Assembly (NCBI GenBank): GCA_965200575.1
Contig: OZ241363.1
Coordinates: forward strand, 2,391,131-2,455,130
Reading direction: 5' to 3'
DNA length: 64,000 bases
Origin: Thermoanaerobaculia bacterium
GTDB lineage: Bacteria; Acidobacteriota; Thermoanaerobaculia; Multivoradales; Multivoraceae
The position numbers and the translations under genes were made by a program. Shown one piece after another: positions 9,792-17,054 of this stretch (the first letter of the stretch is position 1; every line of letters begins with the position of its first letter). The notes under the pieces were generated by a model. The model had not been told where the DNA came from. It worked only from the letters and a program-made list of their open reading frames with translations, and searched no databases.

Positions 9792-10471
9792 TCACTCCGC
9801 GGCTTGAGCCGGGTCGAGGCGGCGGTCGACGCCGGCCCAAAAGGCGTCGATTTCCAGCCTGACGCCCGGCACCGAGGGCGATTCCCAGGTTCCTTCGACC
9901 GGTTCATGGACGCCGAAGCGCCTGCCGTCGTGCACCAGGAACTCGAACCTGCGGGCAACCGGGTCCACGATCCAGTACTCCAGGACGCCGGCCTCGGCGT
10001 AGCGGTGCAGCTTCAGCACGCGGTCCATTCCCGCCGTGCTCGCCGACAGCACCTCGACCACCAGGTCCGGAGCGCCCTCGACCAGGGGCCGCAGAATCCC
10101 GCGTCGCTCGGCCGAAATGTAGAGCACGTCCGGCTGGGCCACGGTGTCGTCCGCCAGGTGCACATCAAGCGGCGCCGAACACGCCAACCCGCCGGTCGCG
10201 AGGGCGATGTCGTCCAGGCCGGCAACCGCTGCGCCGCCATCTCGGCAGCCAACGCCAACCCGCCGGTCGCGAGGGCGATGTCGTCCAGGAGCCGCCAAAC
10301 ACACGCGGCCACCACCTGGTGCACGGGAAGCGGACTCGGACTCAAGTAGAACCTGCCATGGATCAGCTCGCAGCGGAGGTCGTCGGGCAGCACCATGTAG
10401 TCCGCACGCCGATACGGACCGGGTGCGCACGGCAAGGTCGCCACGGGCTGCTCGAGCAGCGTCAAGGACAT
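9792..10471 (-). pseudogene. Uma2-family endonuclease paralog, disrupted by a 71-bp repeat-bounded insertion (frameshift)
   Basis: The N-terminal half (MSLTLLEQPVATLP...ELIHGRFYLSPSP) and the C-terminal half (PLDVHLADDTVAQPDVLYIS...PDLVVEVLSAST) lie in different frames. The peptide DDIALATGGLA is encoded twice by a 37-bp direct repeat at 10181-10217 and 10252-10288. Confidence 0.7.
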
Positions 10472-10473
10472 GC

Positions 10474-11116
10474 ATGGAGTATACGGACGGCGTCAGCGGA
10501 GCGTTTGCCGCCGCAGGCCGTCCATCGGCGTCGCTCACCGACGGCATGCTGACTGGCGCCTGCTTCTGCGGCGACATCGGATTCGAGGTTCCTGGCGATC
10601 TGATCGAGATAGCGCACTGCCACTGCTCCGTGTGCCGCAAGTTCCACGGCGGCGCGTTCGCCACCTTCGGCGCCGTCGACCCGAAGCAGTTCCGCTGGAC
10701 GCGCGGCGAAGAGCGGATCGTTCACTACCGGTCGTCGCCGCACGGCGTCCGCCACTTCTGCCCGCGCTGCGGCTAGGCAGTGCCCGCGAACCGGGAAGGC
10801 GGCCCGCTGACGCTGGTCACGATGGGCAGCGTGGCCGACGCCCCGGGGCATCCGTCCGAGCCTGCACATCTTGGCCGGTTCCGCGGCGCCCTGGTACGGC
10901 TTCCACGACGACCTGCCGCAGCACGACGAGTATCCGCCCGAGTGGAACTCCCCGCCGGGCATCAAAGAGCCCGAGAGGCTGCCCGAAACCCGCGGCGCCA
11001 CTCCCGGAAGCTGCCTCTGCGGCGAATGTGCGAGCGACCGGGTCCCGCCGGTCGCCGAAGCGGTGGACCTGCCTCCCCGGATCGCCAAACTGCCCGGAGC
11101 TCAGTTTGACGGCTGA
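10474..11116 (+). pseudogene. GFA-family (CENP-V/GFA zinc-binding) gene, copy 1, with an in-frame stop and a frameshift
   Basis: The N-terminus CFCGDIGFEV...CHCSVCRKFHGG...FCPRCG is followed at once by TAG at 10774-10776. The conserved C-terminus PSLHILAGSAAPWYGFHDDLPQHDEYP continues in the +1 frame after a CCCCGGGG run near 10840. A further degraded GFA N-terminal fragment (TPGSCLCGEC) lies near 11000. Confidence 0.6.
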
Positions 11117-11558
11117 ATCGTCTCCGAGCAGACTCGCTGCCACCGAGATCTCGCTTCCGGAAGCGACCGGACCGGCCTCCTGCAACAGGTCGTCGCGCAG
11201 GCCACTGGCGCCGGAGGTCCACAACCGCTCCAGCGAATACGCCTCGCCCTGATTCACCGCGGCGCAAACCAGCGCTCGCACCCCGCGGTGGTCGGCGCGG
11301 CCAAGGCACGGCGGCCTGTCCATTCCCCGGTCGTACTCTTCAGTTCGGTCGTCCTTCTCGTGCTCGGCGAGCTCCTCTTTCAGGGCATCCCGCTCTCGCT
11401 CGAGGGCATCACGCTGGGGACTGTACGCCCGTGTTGACGGTCGGCTGCCGAGCGACGACAGGTGCTGCTTGAAGGCGGGATAGGATGCCCAGCGAACCAG
11501 CAACACAGATACCAGGTGGCCAGACAGGCAAACGCCTGGCGCCACGAGAAAGGGCGAC

Positions 11559-12707
11559 GTGAACGATCCGCAGGGCCTGTCGAAGGCCATATCGAGAGCA
11601 AAGCAGAACCTGGCCGAGGGTTACGTTCGCAGCGAAGCCGACGTCCGGTTGTACATCGTCTCCCCGGTGCTTCGGGGCCTGAACTGGAACACGGAAGATC
11701 CACTCAGCGTCCGTGCGGAGTACCCCGTCACCGGTGTGAAGAACTACCGCTTCGACTACGCGCTGTTCTCGGACGACGGCAAGCGCATCGTCCTGGTGAT
11801 CGAGACGAAGGCGCCGGACAAGCTGAACGACGACGCCAGGGATCAGCTCCTGCTCTACGCGATGAAGAAGGGCACCACCCTGGGCCTGTTGACGGACGGC
11901 AAGACCTGGTCCTTCTACCTCCCCCTGGGCGGAGGCAGCTCCAAGGCCAGGCTGGTCCGCTCCTTTGACCTGAGAACGACGGACACCGCCGACGCCGTGG
12001 ACACGCTGGAGCGCTATCTGGAGCGCAGCAACGTGCTCTCCGGGCAGGCCGCAAGGAACGCCGAGATGGACCGCAACCACCAGGCCATCCGCCGGCTGAT
12101 CGAGGAGAGCTGGCAGGCGGTCAAGGCAGAGGAACCCCAGAAGGTGAGCAAGCTGATCGCGGCAGCGGCGCGGAAGGCGAACCGAGACAGCTCATGGCCG
12201 CTCACCTACAAGGTAATCAGCGACTCCGCGCTGCGCTTCGTGCGTGGCGGGTTCACCCTGGACCGGGAGGTGGTTCCGGCGCCGGACCCGGCGCCCAGGA
12301 CCACGCCTGATGTCCCGACCGGCAAACGACAGCCCGTGAAGCCCGGACCGCGAACCGCCGCCTGGATCTACCGGGGGACGCGACGGCTCGAGAAGAACCC
12401 GACCCAACTGTTCGTCAACGTGATCGCTCAGCTCCAGCGGGATCACGGAGGCGACAGCTTCTGCGAGAAGTTTCAGGAGAAGATCCGCGGTCGCAAACTG
12501 ACAAACATAGGACGTACGCCCGAGGAAGCAGGAGGACGGCGCAAGCTCACCAGACCTCTGGCGGACGGCTGGCACATCAACACGAATCTCCCCACGAAAG
12601 AGAAGATGAGAAGGCTCGAGCTCGCCTGCGAAGCCGCAGGAATCAGGTGGGGTTCCGACCTCGAGGTCGAACTGAAGGCCGGCGAGAAGAACGGCGGTGG
12701 TGGCTGA
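11559..12707 (+). CDS. HsdR_N-type (PD-(D/E)xK) nuclease-domain protein with an unassigned C-terminal domain, paralog B
   Basis: 382 aa. It is clearly homologous to the protein at 8408..9496 along its whole length (DYALF...IETK...Q...Y...GLLTDGKTWSFYLPL, C-terminal DHGGDSF...GWH...CEAAG). It starts with GTG. Confidence 0.65.
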   Translation: MNDPQGLSKAISRAKQNLAEGYVRSEADVRLYIVSPVLRGLNWNTEDPLSVRAEYPVTGVKNYRFDYALFSDDGKRIVLVIETKAPDKLNDDARDQLLLYAMKKGTTLGLLTDGKTWSFYLPLGGGSSKARLVRSFDLRTTDTADAVDTLERYLERSNVLSGQAARNAEMDRNHQAIRRLIEESWQAVKAEEPQKVSKLIAAAARKANRDSSWPLTYKVISDSALRFVRGGFTLDREVVPAPDPAPRTTPDVPTGKRQPVKPGPRTAAWIYRGTRRLEKNPTQLFVNVIAQLQRDHGGDSFCEKFQEKIRGRKLTNIGRTPEEAGGRRKLTRPLADGWHINTNLPTKEKMRRLELACEAAGIRWGSDLEVELKAGEKNGGGG

Positions 12708-13146
12708 GGAGCCAGAAGCGCCGCTCACCGGCTCCTGCCTCTGCGGCGACATCGCCTTCGAAGTCGACGGGACACCATTCGAGATCGCCCACTGCCACTG
12801 CCCCGTGTGCAGGCAGCTCCACGGTGCCTCTCATGCCACGCCTCTCATGCCACGCCTCTCATGCCACGTTCGGCGCGGTGGACCGGGAACCTCTCCGGTT
12901 TGTTCGCGGCAAGGAGCGCATTCTCCACTACCGCTCTTCGCCGCAATGCGTCCGGCACTCCTGTCCTCGCTGCGGTTCCTCCGCCCCCCACCATCCGCCG
13001 GACCAGCCGCTTGCCCTGCCGACGATGGGAACGTCACCGAGGACCCCGTCACTCCTCCGGCGCGGCACATCTTCGCCGGCTCGAGGGCGCCGTGGCACAC
13101 GATTGCCGACTCTCTGCCTGAACATGAGGAGTATCCGCTTAACTGA
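12697..13146 (+). pseudogene. GFA-family gene, copy 3, frameshifted by a 14-bp tandem triplication
   Basis: The N-terminus GSCLCGDIAFEV...CHCPVCRQLHGA lies in frame 1. CCTCTCATGCCACG x3 at 12828-12869 then shifts the reading into frame 2 (FGAVDREPLRFVRGKERILHYRSSP...CPRCGSS). The C-terminus HIFAGSRAPWHTIADSLPEHEEYP is back in frame 1. Confidence 0.6.
12828..12869 (+). repeat. 14-bp tandem triplication (CCTCTCATGCCACG x3) inside the GFA copy 3 coding sequence
   Basis: It was read directly from the sequence. The insertion adds 28 nt relative to a single copy. Confidence 0.8.
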
Positions 13147-13226
13147 ACGCTCCCTTTGGCATCGACCAACCGGTCCGAGCGGCATCGACGCCTGACGCCA
13201 CGCCGAGAAGCTTCCTCTGCGGCGCC

Positions 13227-13613
13227 TTGACCTGCGAGTTCGACCGCCCGCCGCTCCGGATGGTGAACTGCCACTGCTCCCGCTGCCGCCGCCAGACCGG
13301 CGCCGCCTCTGGCACGTTCGTCTTCGTGACGGAAGTCGTCTTCCGCTGGCTCACCGGCCACCAGTCCATCATCGACTGCAAGATTCCCGAAGCGGACATC
13401 AAGGGCACCGCCTTCTGCCGTCACTGCGGCAGCCGGGTCCCCCGCCTCCGGGACCCAGGTGGAACGCAGATGCCAGCCGGTTCCCTGGACGCCGACCCGG
13501 GCGCCCAACCGGCCATGAACATCTTCATCGACTCCAGGGCTTTCCCGGAGCGCGCTCGACAGGAGCATCCCCTGCTTCGCCAGCTACCCGCAGTAGCCCG
13601 GCCGCGTCAGTAG
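13227..13613 (+). CDS. GFA-family protein, copy 4 (start uncertain)
   Basis: Motifs CHCSRCRRQTG, FCRHCGSRV and P.MNIFIDSRAFPE are present. The conserved upstream residues SFLCGAL lie in frame back to 13143, but no ATG, GTG or TTG precedes them. The start may be non-canonical or lost. Confidence 0.55.
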   Translation: MTCEFDRPPLRMVNCHCSRCRRQTGAASGTFVFVTEVVFRWLTGHQSIIDCKIPEADIKGTAFCRHCGSRVPRLRDPGGTQMPAGSLDADPGAQPAMNIFIDSRAFPERARQEHPLLRQLPAVARPRQ

Positions 13614-13630
13614 CGGCAGGCCGCGTAGCC

Positions 13631-13647
13631 TGTCAACGCCGTTGACA
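13631..13647. promoter_or_regulatory. 17-bp perfect palindrome TGTCAACGCCGTTGACA
   Basis: It lies at the edge of the GFA cluster, 18 nt after the GFA-4 stop. It contains a TTGACA hexamer. Confidence 0.4.
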
Positions 13648-14043
13648 CAGCGGTGTTCTGGCATCGTTCAGGGTGACGCAGCCAAGGCTTGGCGAAGGAC
13701 GTTCTGGCGCTGGGCGAGTGTCGTTCTTCTTCGCCCCGACGAACTCCTCAAAGCTCGATCTGGCCTGAGGGTCCTCCGCCGCGTTGAGCAGCGGCATGCC
13801 GCGCTCTGCGGCCTTGCCGTCCCAACAGTTCCGGCTCGATCTCCGCACGAAGATCCTCGATCAGCAATTCGTCCAGCTCACGCTCAACGACCCATTACCG
13901 GGACTCGAGCGGCACGTGGACGTTCACGCCGTCGAACTGGGACACGGCACAGACGGTTTCCGTGTCGATCACGGACGTTCGTCATCGAGGTCATCGTTCG
14001 CTCGGTCAGTGCGTTCGATCTGCAGCGCGTAGCCGCCAGCCGG

Positions 14044-15828
14044 TCAGGGCCGACTCTCATCGGCGGCTGCCAGATCCCTCTGCTCCGCCGGCAGCGCAAA
14101 CGTGAACAGCGCCCTGCCCGCCGCGATCGTCACGTGCTGCTGGCCCCCGGCCTCGTAGCTGATGGGCGCAGCCACGACGTCCCCTCCCAGGCGGCGGTGC
14201 CACAGCTCCTCGCCGCTCTCGGCGTCGAGGGCGTAGAAGATGCCCGCGACGCTGCCGCCGAAGACGAGGCCGCCCCCGGTGGCGAGCAGGCCGGACCGGG
14301 AGCGAGCCTGCACCTGGTACTGCCACTTGCGCTCGCCGTTCAGCGGGTCGATGGCCCGGACCGCGCTGACGTACTTGTCGGCGGGGCCGGCGGACTTGCC
14401 GTAGCCGCCCACGAACAGCTCGCCCTCCGCGTACTCGGCCTCGGCCATGAAGTAGAGCATCTCCGCGTCGTAGGCCTGGATGTAGAACAGGCCGGTGTCG
14501 GGCGAGAAGGCAGGCGAGAACCAGTTGGCGGCGCCGCCGATGGTCGGGGCGACGAGGGTACCCTCCTCGCTGGGGAACATGTTGGGGACCCGGATGGGGC
14601 GACCGGTCTCCTGGTGGATGCCCTCGGCCCAGGTCTGCCGCGCGAACTCGCGGGCGAACAGGAACTCGCCCGTCTCGCGGTCCAGCAGATAGAAGAACGC
14701 GTTCCGGTTGGCGAACGCCATCAGCTTGCGCTCCCGTCCCTGGTACTCGGCGTCGAAGAGAATCGGCACCTGGCAGGCGTCCCAGTCGTGCACGTCGTGC
14801 GGCGTGAACTGAAAGGTCCAGACAATCTCGCCGGTGTCTGGCCGTATCGCCAGCATGGAGTCCGAGTGCAGGTTGTCGCCTTCCCGCACCTCGCCGTTCC
14901 AGTCCGGCCCGGGGTTGCCCGTGCCCCAGTACAGCAGGTCGAGTTCCGGGTCGTACGAGCCGGTCATCCAGGTCGGCGCGCCGCCCGTCTTCCAGGAGTC
15001 GCCCTCCCAGGTCTCGTTGCCGGCCTCACCGGGGCCCGGAATCGTGTGCGTGCGCCAGCGAAGCTCGCCGGTATCCGCGTCGTAGGCGTCGAGGAAGCCG
15101 CGAACGCCAAACTCGCCACCGCCGATGCCGGTGATCACCAGGTCGCGGACGATCATCGGCGCCGCGGTGATCGAGAAGCCCTTGCGCTGGTCGCCCACTT
15201 CCGTGTTCCAGATCACGGCGCCCGTCTTCGCGTCCAGAGCGACCAGGTGCGCGTCCACCGTCCCCATGAACAGGCGGTCGCCGCGGATGGACACGCCCCG
15301 GTTCTGCTTGCCGCAGCACAACGCCAGCTGATCCGGCTGCTCGTAGCCGTACGACCAGTACCGGCGGCCCGTGGCCGCGTCGAGCGCCACGACGACGTTG
15401 TCGGCGGTCGTCGCGTACATCACATCGTCCACCACCAGGGGCGTTGTCTCCAGCCGGCCCAGGGTGCGCATCTGGTGAACCCAGCGCAGTTCGAGCCCCG
15501 CCGCGTTCGAGGTGTTGATCTCGTCCAGGCCGCTGAAGCGCTGGCTGCTGTACTGCCCCGAGTACATGAGCCAGTTGCCCGGCTCGTCCGCCGCCGCCAC
15601 CAGCCGCTCGTACGGCACGTCGCTCTGAGCGTTCAGGGCCATCGTCGCCAACGCCAGCAACACGGCGAGAGCGCCGCAGCACCTTGCCGTCCGGCGCAAA
15701 CGCCGCCGCTGTGCGATGCGGCCGCCCGGTCCGTCGCCGCGACGCGCCGGGCCGCCGGCCGCCGGCTCCCTGGCCTCGCCCGACTCGACCACCCGCAGTT
15801 CCGCCGCAGTCATCGCCATCACTCCCAT
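14044..15828 (-). CDS. PQQ-dependent alcohol/methanol dehydrogenase (quinoprotein ADH family), predicted lanthanide type
   Basis: 594 aa eight-bladed propeller with a vicinal CC (LALCCGK). At the catalytic-Asp site it reads TPHDVHDWDAC, giving D-W-D where XoxF/PedH enzymes have D-Y-D and Ca-type MxaF has D-F-A. An Arg-rich signal region precedes the domain. The exact start is uncertain. Confidence 0.75.
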   Translation of the reverse strand: MGVMAMTAAELRVVESGEAREPAAGGPARRGDGPGGRIAQRRRLRRTARCCGALAVLLALATMALNAQSDVPYERLVAAADEPGNWLMYSGQYSSQRFSGLDEINTSNAAGLELRWVHQMRTLGRLETTPLVVDDVMYATTADNVVVALDAATGRRYWSYGYEQPDQLALCCGKQNRGVSIRGDRLFMGTVDAHLVALDAKTGAVIWNTEVGDQRKGFSITAAPMIVRDLVITGIGGGEFGVRGFLDAYDADTGELRWRTHTIPGPGEAGNETWEGDSWKTGGAPTWMTGSYDPELDLLYWGTGNPGPDWNGEVREGDNLHSDSMLAIRPDTGEIVWTFQFTPHDVHDWDACQVPILFDAEYQGRERKLMAFANRNAFFYLLDRETGEFLFAREFARQTWAEGIHQETGRPIRVPNMFPSEEGTLVAPTIGGAANWFSPAFSPDTGLFYIQAYDAEMLYFMAEAEYAEGELFVGGYGKSAGPADKYVSAVRAIDPLNGERKWQYQVQARSRSGLLATGGGLVFGGSVAGIFYALDAESGEELWHRRLGGDVVAAPISYEAGGQQHVTIAAGRALFTFALPAEQRDLAAADESRP

Positions 15829-15832
15829 CGCG

Positions 15833-16648
15833 TCACTCCGGCCGCAGCGAATAGAGGTAGGCCACGAGGTCGTCCATGTCGCGGCCGCGGAAGAAGCTGC
15901 CCAGCGGCGGCATCAGCGACTCGTCGGGCTTGTCGATGCCGACGAGATCGGCCTTCCGGTACGACCGGAGGTTCTCGAACTCGTCGAACAGCTGGATCGT
16001 GTACCGATCCTCGTTCCGCAGGACGCCGCGCACAATGCCGCCGTTCCGGGTTCTGACCTCCACCGTCCTGTAGGCGCCGTCTATCGACTCGGAAGGTGAC
16101 TCGATGGAGGCCCTGATGTGATGGGGCGCGCGCCGCCAGCCCATGTCGCTCAGGTCGGGCCCGATGCGTCCGCCGGCGCCGTTCAGGCGATGGCAGTCCG
16201 AGCACGAGCCCCGGCTCATGTAGAGGCGCCGACCCCGTGCCGGGTCGCCCGGCAGCTCCTCGACGGCACCACCGCTGCTCAGCGACCGAACGTAGGACAC
16301 CACCTGCCAGATCTTGCTGTCGGGCTGGTAGATGCCGCCCATGCCCGTGTTCGGAATGCCGGCAAGGATGTTGCGGAACAGGGCGGCGTCGCTGCTGCCG
16401 TGCCGGAACACCCCGCGGGTCAGGTCGGGACCGTCGCCCCCGGTACCGTCCGCCCCGTGGCACAGCGAGCAGCTGCGCCGGAAGACCACCGCACCTGCCT
16501 CGATGTCCGCCTCGGTGGTGTGCGGATTCTCCTGGACCCGGTCCTGGAGCGCCCGCGAAATCTGGGCGTCTGCGGGCCGCGCCGGAAGCAGCGCCAGGAC
16601 GAGAAGGATCGCCAGGCTGCCCGAAACCCCCCACTCGACTGAACGCAT
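15833..16648 (-). CDS. Diheme c-type cytochrome
   Basis: It has two CXXCH motifs (CSLCH, CSDCH) and a signal peptide (MRSVEWGVSGSLAILLVLALL). It lies immediately upstream of the PQQ-ADH on the same strand, with a 4 nt gap. Confidence 0.7.
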   Translation of the reverse strand: MRSVEWGVSGSLAILLVLALLPARPADAQISRALQDRVQENPHTTEADIEAGAVVFRRSCSLCHGADGTGGDGPDLTRGVFRHGSSDAALFRNILAGIPNTGMGGIYQPDSKIWQVVSYVRSLSSGGAVEELPGDPARGRRLYMSRGSCSDCHRLNGAGGRIGPDLSDMGWRRAPHHIRASIESPSESIDGAYRTVEVRTRNGGIVRGVLRNEDRYTIQLFDEFENLRSYRKADLVGIDKPDESLMPPLGSFFRGRDMDDLVAYLYSLRPE

Positions 16649-17054
16649 GGCGCCGAAGCCTAACAGGCTGGCGGGCCTGAGAGCGGCCCCGCCGACGCTG
16701 GCCAAGCCGACGGCCTGCTGGAACGGCGGGGCCGGGACCACGCGCGGCGCCCGCGGCGCGGCTGGCGGCGCAGTCCGTCGGCCTTGCCGGCGGCCGGAGG
16801 ACGCTGGTCGGGCCGACGGACTCCCTCAAGCGGTGGGGGCCGGGGCCAGGCGCGGCGTGCGTGGCGCGGCTTGCGGCGGCAGCCGGGGCCGAGGAATCCA
16901 CCAGGGACGCGGGTGCGCCCGAAACCCGTCGGCCCGGCTCGTCGTACAGTCGGATACTCTGCAAGCCGGCCTGAACACCGGAACGCTCCGTGCCACCGTT
17001 CGAGGAAGTACACGAACCGCTGCACCAAGTTGCAGGCAGGAAGAGGGACCAGAC

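Noticed and set aside
10817-11590. 257-aa minus-strand ORF between the two HsdR_N/GFA units, with a coiled-coil-like stretch (RDALERERDALKEELAEHEKDD)
   Set aside because: It overlaps the GFA copy-1 C-terminus antisense and has no recognisable domain or ribosome-binding site. I could not rule out a small real gene in 11117-11558.
13642-16056. 804-aa ORF antisense to the PQQ alcohol dehydrogenase and cytochrome c
   Set aside because: It has no recognisable motifs and a low-complexity composition. It lies antisense to two genes with strong family signatures.
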